From Candidatus Hydrogenedentota bacterium (GTDB lineage Bacteria; Hydrogenedentota; Hydrogenedentia; Hydrogenedentales; SLHB01): DNA of 64,000 nt. Every line of letters starts with the position of its first letter. Within the stretch, counting starts at the first letter, position 1. The DNA lies in contig CAXXYE010000003.1 of assembly GCA_963674865.2 (NCBI GenBank), forward strand, positions 357,207-421,206. Direction: 5' to 3'. Positions 49,213-59,473 of this stretch are shown here, piece after piece. The translations under genes and the position numbers were made by a program. The notes beneath the pieces were generated by a model, which had not been told where the DNA came from, made no database searches, and saw only the letters and a program-made list of their open reading frames with translations.

Positions 49213-50509
49213 GCTTGGTTGGGCCAGCCTGGGCCAGTCCTTCGCATGCGAATGCGGCGTCACCCACGCGCTTCCCATCGAAGCGTGCCACGTCGGCTTA
49301 GACGCGGCCCGCCGACTGGCGGCTTTGGCCCGCGAACGCTGCGGCCCCCAAGCGCTGGTAGTGTCGGACGAGAACACTCGAGCCATCGGCGGCGAGAAGC
49401 TCTTGCGCGCGATGTCCGACGCGGGCAAGCACATCCGCGAGAAAGTCTACGGAAGCGCGCCTTTCGAGGCGTCCATGGACTTGGCGGAGGAGGTGGCCCA
49501 GGCCGGACAAGCATCGGATTTCTTCGTCGGCATAGGCTCCGGCACCGTCTGCGACCTCGCCAAGTATGCGGGGGACAAGTTGCACAAGCCCGTGCTGCTA
49601 TTCGGCACGGCGGCGTCAATGAACGGCTACACCTCCGGCATCGTCGCCCTGAACGTGCGCGGCCTTAAACGCACGCTTCCCTGCACCCCCGCGCTCGGCG
49701 TATTCGCCGATCCCGAGGTGGTTGCTACGGCGCCCCGCGAGATGTCCGCGGCGGGAGTAGGGGACTTCCTGTCGAAATGCGCCTCATCCTCCGATTGGTA
49801 CGCGGCGCACTTCCTGCGCGGCGGATACTACTGCCCGCGCCCGCAGGAGTTCTTCGAGGGCACCGTCGAGCGCGTCCTCGCCGCATCGGATGGCGTTGGG
49901 CGGGGCGATGCCGGCGCTATCGCCGTGGTGATGGAAGCGCTGCTGCTTGCGGGGCTGTCCATGCTTGCGGCCGGATCATCCGCTCCGGCTTCGGGCGGGG
50001 AACACCTGCTCTCGCACTATCTCGATATGCGGCACGCCGTGGCCGGAACGCCGAATGATCTACATGGCGCGCAGGTCGGCGTGGCGACGATCCACTGCCT
50101 CGGACTGTGGGAGAAGATTCTTGCCCTTCCTCCCGATAGCCTCGACATTGACAAGCTTGTCGAGGCGTCCCCCTCAGAAGACGAGGTCGAGCAGCAGATC
50201 CGGGCGGACTGGGGCCCGATTGCGCCCGAGGTCTTGGCCCAATGGCGCACGAAGGCCCTGGATCAAGGCGGCTTGCGTGAGGAATTGACGCGATTCCAAA
50301 GAGGCTTCGGCGAATTGCGGGAGGCGGTGTCGGGGGAACTGCTCCCGGCTGCTGAGGTGGAGCGGGCCATCCGCGCGGCCGGCGGCCCTGCAACGCCCGC
50401 CGATTTGGCCGCGCACCTCGAGGAATTCGAGAATGCCCTGCGAGGGGCTCGGTTCATTCGCGATCGCTTCACCGTCCTCGATCTGGCAGCGGAATTGGGA
50501 CTATCGTGA
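49199..50509 (+). CDS. sn-glycerol-1-phosphate dehydrogenase-like (AraM/EgsA family)
   Basis: GIGSGTVCDLAKY, TAASMNGYTS, AGVGD, PASGGEHLLSH, LHGAQVGV. Confidence 0.85.
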   Translation: MSTSKLGWASLGQSFACECGVTHALPIEACHVGLDAARRLAALARERCGPQALVVSDENTRAIGGEKLLRAMSDAGKHIREKVYGSAPFEASMDLAEEVAQAGQASDFFVGIGSGTVCDLAKYAGDKLHKPVLLFGTAASMNGYTSGIVALNVRGLKRTLPCTPALGVFADPEVVATAPREMSAAGVGDFLSKCASSSDWYAAHFLRGGYYCPRPQEFFEGTVERVLAASDGVGRGDAGAIAVVMEALLLAGLSMLAAGSSAPASGGEHLLSHYLDMRHAVAGTPNDLHGAQVGVATIHCLGLWEKILALPPDSLDIDKLVEASPSEDEVEQQIRADWGPIAPEVLAQWRTKALDQGGLREELTRFQRGFGELREAVSGELLPAAEVERAIRAAGGPATPADLAAHLEEFENALRGARFIRDRFTVLDLAAELGLS

Positions 50510-51594
50510 TTATCCTGCTCCTTCACTGCGCCGCTCTGGCGGCCGATCCGCTGGTGATAAACCCGTTTTCCGAGGCCCAACTTCAGCCTGCCATCATCCA
50601 GGCCGTTGAGGGGCGGCTCGCCTCCGATGAAACACTGCTGGATTACCACCGGGGATACCTCCGCTTCCTGGAAACCCACCCGGATGCGGCAGCGGCAGAA
50701 GAGGCTTACGGAGGCCTCCTGGTGCTGCTGCGATTCGGGCCGCTGACGGGCGCCTTCGAGGAGGCGCTGATGGCGGACAGTGAGGCTTGCACCGCATGGG
50801 ATCAGTACACGGCCTTTCTCGCGGAGCATCGCGACGCGCGGCTTGCCGTAGATGGCTTGTATCGGTGCGAACTGGCCGAGCGCCGACACGCGCGCACCAT
50901 GGGGCCGGCCATGGCCTACCTGCGGGCGCATCCGAGCGAGGCTATGCGCTACCTCGACAATCCCGCCCGCCTGGCGCCTACGCCCGAGGCTCTGGCGCCG
51001 CTGCACCTGTTCTTCAAGACAAGGGATGCCTTCCGCGCCGAGTTGCTGGCGTTCTTCCAGCAGCTTGATGAGCAGGCGTTGGCCCACGCCCGTCTGTATC
51101 CGTGGTGGCGAATCGCGGGCGACACAGAGCGCGGCGTTGGGGAGGAGCATGCCACGCTCATGGCGTACTTCGCCACGCACCCGCACGAGTTCTGGGTGTG
51201 GCACCGGCGCGCCATCGCGCTGGCCGGCGAGCCGCGCGCCAGGGGCTGGATTCGATACTGGTATGGCCTCGTCCGGCGGGACACCGCCTTGGCGCGGTAT
51301 TACGCCGCATACCTGCAGTATTTGAGGCAGGCGCCGGAGCATGCGAAGCTGATTGCGTCCCGGTGGGAGGGTGAGTTTGGCCTCGCGCCGGCGTGGCCGC
51401 CCGAGGGAAGGCCGCCCAGGCTTCAGTCAACTGGCCTCAAGTTGCACACTGTCCCATTGCCCACATTCCAGCGGCGCCCGGCGATCCCACGCTTCTCGCC
51501 CCCGCCGAAGCCCCCGCGGCCCGCGATGCCGGAGATCCCGGCGCGGCCGGAGAGGCCCGAGGTGCCCGAATCACCTCCGCGCCCGGCGGAATAG
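50506..51594 (+). CDS. Hypothetical exported helical-repeat protein with Pro-rich tail
   Basis: Overlapping start (GTGA), short hydrophobic leader, repeated (F/Y)LxxHP-type motifs. Confidence 0.6.
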   Translation: MIILLLHCAALAADPLVINPFSEAQLQPAIIQAVEGRLASDETLLDYHRGYLRFLETHPDAAAAEEAYGGLLVLLRFGPLTGAFEEALMADSEACTAWDQYTAFLAEHRDARLAVDGLYRCELAERRHARTMGPAMAYLRAHPSEAMRYLDNPARLAPTPEALAPLHLFFKTRDAFRAELLAFFQQLDEQALAHARLYPWWRIAGDTERGVGEEHATLMAYFATHPHEFWVWHRRAIALAGEPRARGWIRYWYGLVRRDTALARYYAAYLQYLRQAPEHAKLIASRWEGEFGLAPAWPPEGRPPRLQSTGLKLHTVPLPTFQRRPAIPRFSPPPKPPRPAMPEIPARPERPEVPESPPRPAE

Positions 51595-51692
51595 GCCACG
51601 CCCGACTTACCGGCCGCTGTCCGGAATGCCCGTCCGGGCAAAGCTGTTTCTCTTCCGATAGAGATAGCAAGCCGGACAGGGAGGATGAAGCC

Positions 51693-53789
51693 GTGCAGGC
51701 CGTTGATAACGAGCATGCGCCGAATCGTCTGATCCATGAGACGAGCCCCTACCTTCTAGAACACGCGCACAATCCCGTTGACTGGTATCCTTGGGGCGCC
51801 GAAGCCCGCGCCAGGGCCAAGCGCGAGGATAAGCCGATCTTCCTCTCCATCGGCTACTCCGCCTGCCACTGGTGTCACGTGATGGCGCGCGAATCTTTCG
51901 AGGACACATCGCTTGCCGCCATGCTCAATAAGCACTTCGTGAGCATCAAAGTGGATCGCGAGGAGCGGCCCGACCTCGACGAAATCTACATGGCGGCCGT
52001 GCAGATCATGACGCGGCGCGGCGGTTGGCCGATGAGCGTGTTCCTGACGCCGGAACTCGAGCCGTTCTACGGCGGCACCTACTTCCCCCCGAAGGATCGC
52101 CCCGGTATGCCCGGCTTCCGAACCGTCCTGCAAGGCGTAATCGAAGCCTGGGGCGCGCGCCGTAGCGAGATAGCGCGAAGCGCCGCGGAACTGACGCGTC
52201 TCATCCGGCAAGCCACCTCCGGGCCGCACGACGGCGCCGCCACTCTCGATGCCTCAATCCTGGAAGACGCCGCGAATCGCCTACAGCAAACCTCTGACGC
52301 CAAACACGGCGGCTTCGGCGGGGCGCCGAAGTTCCCACCCGTCCACGCCCTTGGCTTTCTCCTGCGGCAGTGGCACCGGACGCGCGATGCGGCCCTCCTC
52401 GACATGGTGACGTTGACGCTCGACAGGATGGCTTCCGGCGGCGTGTACGATCACCTCGGCGGCGGATTCCATCGGTATTCCGTGGATGATCGTTGGCTTG
52501 TGCCGCACTTCGAGAAGATGCTCTACGACAGCGCCCAACTCACCCAAGCCTATCTCGAGGGATACCAGGCCACGGCCAATCCCGCCTACGGCCAGGTGGC
52601 GCGGGAAACGCTCGACTACGTGCTCCGGGACATGACAGACTCCTCTGGCGGATTCTACTCGAGCGAAGACGCCGACAGCGAAGGGGAGGAGGGCAAGTTC
52701 TACCTTTGGACACACGGCGAGGTGGTGGCAACGTTGGGGGCGGAGGACGCGGCCCGCTTCGCTCAGGCCTACCAGGTTACGCCGGATGGCAACTTCACCT
52801 CCCACGAGGCATATCACGCGAGAAAGAACATCCTGCACCTGTCCGAGCCGGTGACTGACGCGGCCCTCGGCGCACTTCTGGCGCCCATGTGCACCAAACT
52901 GCTCGCCGCACGGAGCGTGCGCCCGCGGCCCGGGCGCGATGAGAAGTTCCTCACTTCCTGGAACGCCTTGATGATCAGCGCGTTCGCAAAAGGACATCAG
53001 GTATTGGGGGACGAGCGCTACCGGACTGCCGCTGTTCGGGCCGCGGATTTCGTCTTGACTCAACTGGTGCGCGACGGGCAACTGTTGCGCACAAGAGGCG
53101 GCGGCGAGAGCCGACTCCCGGCTTTCCTGGACGACTACGCCTCGATGATCGCCGCCCTCTTGGACGTATATGAATCCACATTCGATCGGCGGTGGCTTGC
53201 GGAGGCCAATATCCTGGCTAGGAGCATGATTGAACGCTTCTGGGACGGCGAAGCCGGTGGCTTCTTCTTTACCAGCGATACACACCAGGGCCTGATCGCT
53301 CGAACCAAGCCGATGTACGATGGGGCGGAGCCCTCGGGCAATGCCGTTGCCGCCCTGGCCCTGATGCGCCTGGGGCGACTCGTCAACAACGATGAATACA
53401 GCGCGAAAGCTCAGTGCCTTGTTGAGGCGACGGCGGCGGGGATGACAAGCGCGCCGGAAGGCCATCTGCGGATGCTCTGGGCCTTGGCGTTTCACCTGAC
53501 GCCGCCCAAGGAGATCGCGATCATCGGCGCTTATGACTCCCCCGAGGCCGCCGCCTTGCTCGATGCATTGCATAGCCGGTTCGTGCCCGGTAAGATCATC
53601 GCCTTCGGCAATCCTGAAGCCGAGGATTTCGCGGAAGCGGAGAAGGCAATCCCGCTCCTCGCGTCGAAGAAGCCGGTTTCGGGCCGCGCGGCCGCCTACG
53701 TGTGCGAGAATTACACCTGCAAAGCGCCGGTGACTACGCCCGAGGCACTTCTCGCGGCCCTTGGCGAAGGCCCTGAAAGGGAGATGTGA
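51693..53789 (+). CDS. YyaL/SSP411-like thioredoxin-domain protein
   Basis: [62 protein letters not shown]. Confidence 0.92.
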   Translation: MQAVDNEHAPNRLIHETSPYLLEHAHNPVDWYPWGAEARARAKREDKPIFLSIGYSACHWCHVMARESFEDTSLAAMLNKHFVSIKVDREERPDLDEIYMAAVQIMTRRGGWPMSVFLTPELEPFYGGTYFPPKDRPGMPGFRTVLQGVIEAWGARRSEIARSAAELTRLIRQATSGPHDGAATLDASILEDAANRLQQTSDAKHGGFGGAPKFPPVHALGFLLRQWHRTRDAALLDMVTLTLDRMASGGVYDHLGGGFHRYSVDDRWLVPHFEKMLYDSAQLTQAYLEGYQATANPAYGQVARETLDYVLRDMTDSSGGFYSSEDADSEGEEGKFYLWTHGEVVATLGAEDAARFAQAYQVTPDGNFTSHEAYHARKNILHLSEPVTDAALGALLAPMCTKLLAARSVRPRPGRDEKFLTSWNALMISAFAKGHQVLGDERYRTAAVRAADFVLTQLVRDGQLLRTRGGGESRLPAFLDDYASMIAALLDVYESTFDRRWLAEANILARSMIERFWDGEAGGFFFTSDTHQGLIARTKPMYDGAEPSGNAVAALALMRLGRLVNNDEYSAKAQCLVEATAAGMTSAPEGHLRMLWALAFHLTPPKEIAIIGAYDSPEAAALLDALHSRFVPGKIIAFGNPEAEDFAEAEKAIPLLASKKPVSGRAAAYVCENYTCKAPVTTPEALLAALGEGPEREM

Positions 53790-55552
53790 TGACACGGCCC
53801 ATGCGTAGACTAAGTAAGGCGCTTGCGATCTGCCTCGCCTTCGCCGTGGCCTGGCCGGCGCTGGGCCAACTCGGAGCGGACGGGCCGTCGATGCGGCTCG
53901 AAGCCTACACGGAAACCGACGCCGGCCACCCGGGGGAGAGCCTGCGCGCGGCCGTCGTCGCGAACCTGACGCCCGGCTGGCACGTCAACGCCCACAAGCC
54001 GCTGGACGAGTTTCTCATTGCGACGGAGTTGTCCATCGAGGAACACTCGGGCATCCGTGTCGAGCAAGTTGCCTATCCGTCGCCGCTGATGACGAGCTTC
54101 AGCTTCTCGCCCGATCAGGTGGCCGTCTACGAAGAGCGCTTCACGCTTGGCATCGTGTTATCGCTCTCCGAGGACCTCGCGCCGGGGGACTACGTTCTCA
54201 ACGGCACATTGCGATACCAGGCCTGCAATGACAAACAGTGCCGCGGACCCGCTACTGCCGATGTCGCAATTTCCGTGAAGGTTGTCGCGGCGGGGCAGCC
54301 CGTGAGTCCGCAATACGAGAAACTCTTCAAGGACATCATGTTCCCCTCCACCTTGGAGGATGCGCCGCCCGCTGATGACGTGCCTGCGCCTGATGCCCAA
54401 GAGGCAACGCACGAAGCTCCCGGGCCATGGCAGCCCCTGGCCGAGCGGTTCACGATTACCGCTACCGCCACCGGCTACATGGACGCCGGGGAGTTCTCGG
54501 CCTTCCTGGACGCCTACGAATCGGGCGACGCCGCACGCGAAATGGGCCTGTTCGAGGGGAAAAGCCTCTGGTTAGTGCTCCTGCTGTGCCTCCTCGGCGG
54601 CGCCGCGTTGAATCTGACGCCCTGCGTCCTGCCGTTGATTCCTGTGAACGTCGCCATCATCGGCGCGGGCGCGCAGGCCGGAACACGTACTCGCGGCTTC
54701 CTGCTCGGCGCGATGTACGGCGCGGGGATTGCCCTTACCTACGGCCTGCTGGGCGCGGCCGTCGTGTTTACCGGCGCGACTTTCGGCGCCCTGAACGCGT
54801 CGCCGTGGTTCAACGCGGGCATCGTCGTCATCTTTGTCGTGCTGGCCTTGGCTATGTTCGAGGTGTTCAACATCGATTTTTCGCGTCTTCAGGCGAAATT
54901 CGGGGGAAAACGGAACGAAAGCGGCCGTTTTCTGACGGCCTTCGCCATGGGATGCATCGCGGCGCTGCTGGCCGGGGCCTGCGTGGCGCCGGTGGTTATC
55001 GCGGCCCTGCTGTTCGCCCAGGACCTCTACGCCAAAGGCTCCTGGGTGGGACTCGTTGCCCCCTTCTGTCTGGGCGTGGGAATGGGACTGCCCTGGCCCT
55101 TTGCAGGAGCAGGACTCTCGTTCTTGCCCAAGCCAGGAAAATGGATGATGCGCGTGAAATACGTCTTTGGCGTCTTCATGCTGCTCCTTGCGGCCTACTA
55201 CGCCCACCTGGCTTATTCGCTCTTCGATCAGCGCTACTTCGTCGATCGCGACGCCGTCCGCGCCAGCGCCGACATGAACGACGAGGGATGGCTCACAGCC
55301 TTGCCCGACGCCTTGGCGCAGGCCGACAAGGAACAGCGGCCCGTGTTCATCGACTTCTGGGCCACGTGGTGCAAGAGCTGCATGACGATGAACCAGACCA
55401 CCTTCAAGAACGCCGACGTGAAGGCCCGCCTCAAAGACTACATTCTGCTCAAGTACCAGGCCGAGATCCCGGACGACGCCGCCACCCGCGAGGTTATGAA
55501 ACACTTCGGCGTCGTCGGCCTGCCCACCTACGTGATCTTGGATCCGCGCTAG
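53789..55552 (+). CDS. dsbD: DsbD-family thiol:disulfide interchange protein
   Basis: N-domain YQACNDKQC, TM domain NLTPCVLPLIP and GACVAP, thioredoxin domain FWATWCKSC. Confidence 0.88.
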   Translation: MTRPMRRLSKALAICLAFAVAWPALGQLGADGPSMRLEAYTETDAGHPGESLRAAVVANLTPGWHVNAHKPLDEFLIATELSIEEHSGIRVEQVAYPSPLMTSFSFSPDQVAVYEERFTLGIVLSLSEDLAPGDYVLNGTLRYQACNDKQCRGPATADVAISVKVVAAGQPVSPQYEKLFKDIMFPSTLEDAPPADDVPAPDAQEATHEAPGPWQPLAERFTITATATGYMDAGEFSAFLDAYESGDAAREMGLFEGKSLWLVLLLCLLGGAALNLTPCVLPLIPVNVAIIGAGAQAGTRTRGFLLGAMYGAGIALTYGLLGAAVVFTGATFGALNASPWFNAGIVVIFVVLALAMFEVFNIDFSRLQAKFGGKRNESGRFLTAFAMGCIAALLAGACVAPVVIAALLFAQDLYAKGSWVGLVAPFCLGVGMGLPWPFAGAGLSFLPKPGKWMMRVKYVFGVFMLLLAAYYAHLAYSLFDQRYFVDRDAVRASADMNDEGWLTALPDALAQADKEQRPVFIDFWATWCKSCMTMNQTTFKNADVKARLKDYILLKYQAEIPDDAATREVMKHFGVVGLPTYVILDPR

Positions 55553-55565
55553 TCCCGAGGGGACG

Positions 55566-56360
55566 TCATTCGCTGCCGTTACTGATGCGGTGATCCATCT
55601 CGAGTGCGGGCTGATCCACGCGGGCCTTCCCTACTACTTTTGCGGGCACGCCCACGGCCGTGGAGTGCGGCGGAACAGGTGTGAGAACCACGCTGCCCGC
55701 CCCGATCTTGGCCCCTTCGCCGATCTCGATGTTGCCGAGGATCTTCACGCCCGCCCCGATCAGTACGCCCCTACGAACCTTGGGATGCCGATCGCCCGAT
55801 TCCTTGCCCGTGCCGCCCAGGGTGACCTCATGCAGCATGGATACATTGTCCTCGACGACGGCCGTTTCACCGATGACGACGCTCGTGGCGTGGTCCATCA
55901 GCAGCCCCTTTCCGAGGCGTGCCGCCGGATGGATATCGACGGAGAACACCTCCGATATCCGGCTTTGCAGGTACAGGGCGAGGGCCTCGCGGCCCTGTTG
56001 CCAGAAGTAGTGGGCCACGCGCTGCGACTGGATCGCGTGATAGCCCTTGAAGTAGAGCAGGGGCGCCGAGTACCGGCGGCAGGCCGGGTCGCGCGTGCGG
56101 ACGGCCTCGATATCGGCGCGGAATCCCTCGCCGATGACGGGATCATTGGCGAAAGCCTCGTCGATCAAGTCCCGCATCGAGGCCGCCGTGATCGTGGAAC
56201 TCTCGAGTTTGTTGGCCAAATGGAAACTGAGGGCGTCCTCGAGGCGTTTGTGGTTCAGCACAACGCCGTAGAGGAAGCTGGCCAGTAGCGGCTCCTCTCG
56301 GACATCGCGCTCGATTTCCTCGCGGATACGCTGCCAAACCGCGTCATGCTCTGGATTCAT
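55566..56360 (-). CDS. cysE: Serine O-acetyltransferase
   Basis: EEPLLASFL, RDPAC, YFKGYHA, VDIHPAA, DHATSVVIGETA, TLGGTGKESGDRHPK. Confidence 0.96.
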   Translation of the reverse strand: MNPEHDAVWQRIREEIERDVREEPLLASFLYGVVLNHKRLEDALSFHLANKLESSTITAASMRDLIDEAFANDPVIGEGFRADIEAVRTRDPACRRYSAPLLYFKGYHAIQSQRVAHYFWQQGREALALYLQSRISEVFSVDIHPAARLGKGLLMDHATSVVIGETAVVEDNVSMLHEVTLGGTGKESGDRHPKVRRGVLIGAGVKILGNIEIGEGAKIGAGSVVLTPVPPHSTAVGVPAKVVGKARVDQPALEMDHRISNGSE

Positions 56361-56409
56361 GATTAGCCCTCCGCTCGCTCCGGAAGTCCTCCGGTTCACG
56401 TCGGCATAT

Positions 56410-56841
56410 TCACCTCAGGTCATGCAGATTGATGAGCTTCTCCGCGCGCAACTTCAGCGCATCATTGGTGGGCACGCGGCTGTCTTTTTCGTGGGCATTG
56501 GCCTGGATGAGCATTTCGAGGATGTTCACCGTTTCTTCGTGCTGCCCCTGCTTTTCTCTACACCGCCCCAATCGCTGGAGATTCCACCAGTAATTCTCGC
56601 CGTTTGGATAGCGATCCATGGCCGTCCGAAACACCCGCGCGGCCTTCGAGTATTGGAACGTTGACAGCAGATACTGTCCCAGTCCCGATAGCCCGGCTTC
56701 ATTGCGCACGTCTGCCCTCGCATCTGCGCCGACGGGGCCCGTCGTGTATTTCTTGAACATATAGTTCACGCCGCCGCTGCCCATCAGCCACACAACCCCC
56801 ACGATCACGGCCGCGATGATGACCCATTTCAGACTGCCCAT
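56410..56841 (-). CDS. Small membrane-anchored TPR-like protein
   Basis: N-terminal TM helix; YSKAARVF...RYP, LGRCREKQG pattern. Confidence 0.6.
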   Translation of the reverse strand: MGSLKWVIIAAVIVGVVWLMGSGGVNYMFKKYTTGPVGADARADVRNEAGLSGLGQYLLSTFQYSKAARVFRTAMDRYPNGENYWWNLQRLGRCREKQGQHEETVNILEMLIQANAHEKDSRVPTNDALKLRAEKLINLHDLR

Positions 56842-57040
56842 GCTTCCATTCCTCCTGCGGTTCCCTGCTCACACCTCAACGACGGCAGTATATCCAATGA
56901 AACAGGCTGTGTGACAATATCCTTCCTCGTGCGGGCAAGTCGGGCCGTAGTGCGGCCCAGCACCGGGGTCGAGCCGGCGGGGGCCGCCGTGCTATGCTCT
57001 GCGGACACTTGCGCTTGGAGTATGAAAGCGGCTTTCAAGT

Positions 57041-57973
57041 ATGTGCGAGGAAAATCACCAACCGGCGGCCGTTACGGGCCGCGTGTTCGATATCCAGCGG
57101 TTCTCCATTCACGACGGCCCAGGCATTCGGACTACCGTCTTTCTGAAGGGCTGCGTCCTTCGCTGTGTCTGGTGCCACAATCCGGAAGGCATCGCGCCCG
57201 ATACCGAACTCTCCTTCATCCCCGAGAAGTGCATCGGATGCGGCTACTGCTTCCGCGTCTGCCCGCACTCGGCCCATGAATTGTCAGGCGATACGCACCA
57301 ACTGGCGCGGAATCGGTGCGTCGTCTGCGGCGCCTGCACCGAGGAGTGCTACGCCGGCGCCCTCGAACTCGTCGGCAAGCTCAGGTCCGTCCGCGAAGTG
57401 CTCGACGTGGTGCTCCGGGATCAGCCTTTCTACGAGACCTCGCACGGGGGCCTCACCATATCCGGCGGCGAGCCCCTCGTCCAGATTGCCTTCACCGAGG
57501 CGCTGCTCAAGGCGGCCAAGGAGGAGAGCCTGCACTGCTGCCTCGAAACCTGCGGCTACGCCGCGCCCGAAACGCTTTCGCGGATCGCCGACCTGGTGGA
57601 TCTATTCCTTTTCGACCTCAAGGAGATGAACGAGGCCCGCCACATCGAGTACACCGGCGTGTCGAACCGGCCCATCATCGCGAATCTGAAAGCCCTCTAT
57701 GAGCGCGGCGCCCGCATTCGCCTGCGTGTGCCTGTTATCCCTGGCTACAACGACCGGCCCGACAATTTTGAAGCCGTCGCCGCCCTCGTGGCCGAACTGC
57801 CCAACCTCGAAGGGGTCGAGTTGATGCCTTATCACCCCCTGGGAGAGGACAAGCGCCTCCGGCTGGGCTGGGAGGGAGAACGCCCCCCGCTTCCCCGCAC
57901 GCCCGACGACGCCCAGATCGCCGCGTGGATCGCCGCCTTTGCCGACTTGGGCGTAGCGGTAATGAACCGGTAG
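57041..57973 (+). CDS. Glycyl-radical enzyme activating protein (radical SAM with ferredoxin insert)
   Basis: IQRFSIHDGPGIRTTVFLKGCVLRCVWCHNPE, two CxxCxxCxxxC motifs, GGLTISGGEP, ELMPYH. Confidence 0.93.
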   Translation: MCEENHQPAAVTGRVFDIQRFSIHDGPGIRTTVFLKGCVLRCVWCHNPEGIAPDTELSFIPEKCIGCGYCFRVCPHSAHELSGDTHQLARNRCVVCGACTEECYAGALELVGKLRSVREVLDVVLRDQPFYETSHGGLTISGGEPLVQIAFTEALLKAAKEESLHCCLETCGYAAPETLSRIADLVDLFLFDLKEMNEARHIEYTGVSNRPIIANLKALYERGARIRLRVPVIPGYNDRPDNFEAVAALVAELPNLEGVELMPYHPLGEDKRLRLGWEGERPPLPRTPDDAQIAAWIAAFADLGVAVMNR

Positions 57974-58018
57974 CGACAGTACGTTGTTACATGGGCTCTA
58001 CCGGCATTCAGTCGACCC

Positions 58019-59422
58019 CTACACAGAGACGACGGCCGGCTCGGGGAGTTCGCGCTCGATCTTGCTCAATCGGTAGCCGAAGCCGGGGCCGCGGACGGTT
58101 GACAGATCGAGCATGCCCTCGCGCCGCTTGTAGAGGCCGGGATGGACGGCTTCCTCAGGCAGGGACGCCTGGGGGTAGAACTGCATGCTGTTGGTTTCCA
58201 CGCCCATGATGGTGCCGGCGTGGGCGGCGAGGAGAGCGTGGGGGATTTGCGCCAGCATGGGATTGGTGAGGTCCTGCACCATCACCGTCATGCCGTGCGC
58301 TTTGGCCCAGCACAAGCTGAGCAGGGCGCCCGTTTGCGTCTTGCACGTTTTCAGGGCGACGCCCGTCCAGCCAAGGCCGCGCCCGAGGCGGACGAGCCGC
58401 CAATCATGCGCGCTCTCGTCCATGAAAAGAGGCTTACGCGCCGACACGCCGTGAACGTCGATCTGGTTTTCCTCGAGATCATACGGAAAGGGCTGCTCGA
58501 CGTAGAGGATTATGCCGTAGATGCGGGGATGGGCCGCCATGAGCCGATCCAGGATGGCGTTGACGTAAGCCGGATTGCTCACGGTGCAGTTGAAATCGGC
58601 CGATAGCCAGTCGACGCCGTTTTCCGCGCCGAGCCGGCCGACTTTCACGAGGCGCGCGTAGTCCCAATCGGGGTCATTGCCGCGCAGTTTCACCTTAAGG
58701 CACTTCAGGCCGTCCCGCCGTATCCAGTCCGACAGCAGTACCGGATAGCCGTCATCGGGTTCACTGCCGTCCAGTTCGCCGGCGTCGATGGGATCTTTGC
58801 CGCCCACGAGGTGCCACGCCGGCAGCCTGTCGACGCGGGGCCGGACGAGGTAGTGCGCGGGAAAGAGTCCCTTGAAGGAAACCGCGGCCCCCTCAGCGGG
58901 CTCAAGATAGGCCGAGAGGTCGTAGTTCATAAAGGCCTCATCGTACGTATGATAGATGGAGGCCTTGCAAAGGACGCCGTAAGCATCGTGAAGTGCGATA
59001 TCGAAGGCGGAGGCGCAGACAAGGGCCGCCAGCCATGGCATCGGCTCCCGGCCCGGCCGGCCCGCGTTGAAGTTCCGGAGCAATTCAGGCAGCGCCTCCT
59101 GCTGGAAGGCATGGCCGATCTCGATGGGATGTCCCGTGGTGTCCAGGCCCGGCCACGCGGCGGCCAATTCCTTGCAGAACGCCGTCAACGCCTCATGGCG
59201 CTCCTCATACGGGGCGGCACTGGGCCAAACCCATTGCACGCTCAACGGCGTCTCGCCCCAGCCGGTGGCGCTTCGCCCCCCGCTGGCCGCTACGGCCAGC
59301 GCCACGCGGGCGCACGTTACATGCGTCAACGTTTCCGAGCCAAACTTGAGCGGCACCCTCGTTTTCACCGGCAGAAACCAAAGGGATGCCCCTTTCACGC
59401 GGATATCGGTACTTTTCGACAT
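58019..59422 (-). CDS. Mandelate racemase/muconate lactonising (enolase superfamily) enzyme
   Basis: SAFDIALHDA, LKVKL, ADFN, YVEQP, MDES, LKTCK, GPGFGY. Confidence 0.82.
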   Translation of the reverse strand: MSKSTDIRVKGASLWFLPVKTRVPLKFGSETLTHVTCARVALAVAASGGRSATGWGETPLSVQWVWPSAAPYEERHEALTAFCKELAAAWPGLDTTGHPIEIGHAFQQEALPELLRNFNAGRPGREPMPWLAALVCASAFDIALHDAYGVLCKASIYHTYDEAFMNYDLSAYLEPAEGAAVSFKGLFPAHYLVRPRVDRLPAWHLVGGKDPIDAGELDGSEPDDGYPVLLSDWIRRDGLKCLKVKLRGNDPDWDYARLVKVGRLGAENGVDWLSADFNCTVSNPAYVNAILDRLMAAHPRIYGIILYVEQPFPYDLEENQIDVHGVSARKPLFMDESAHDWRLVRLGRGLGWTGVALKTCKTQTGALLSLCWAKAHGMTVMVQDLTNPMLAQIPHALLAAHAGTIMGVETNSMQFYPQASLPEEAVHPGLYKRREGMLDLSTVRGPGFGYRLSKIERELPEPAVVSV

Positions 59423-59473
59423 GCTTTGCGCCTCCCCCGACTGATTCCCGCTCAAGGGCCGCGTCCGCGCGGC

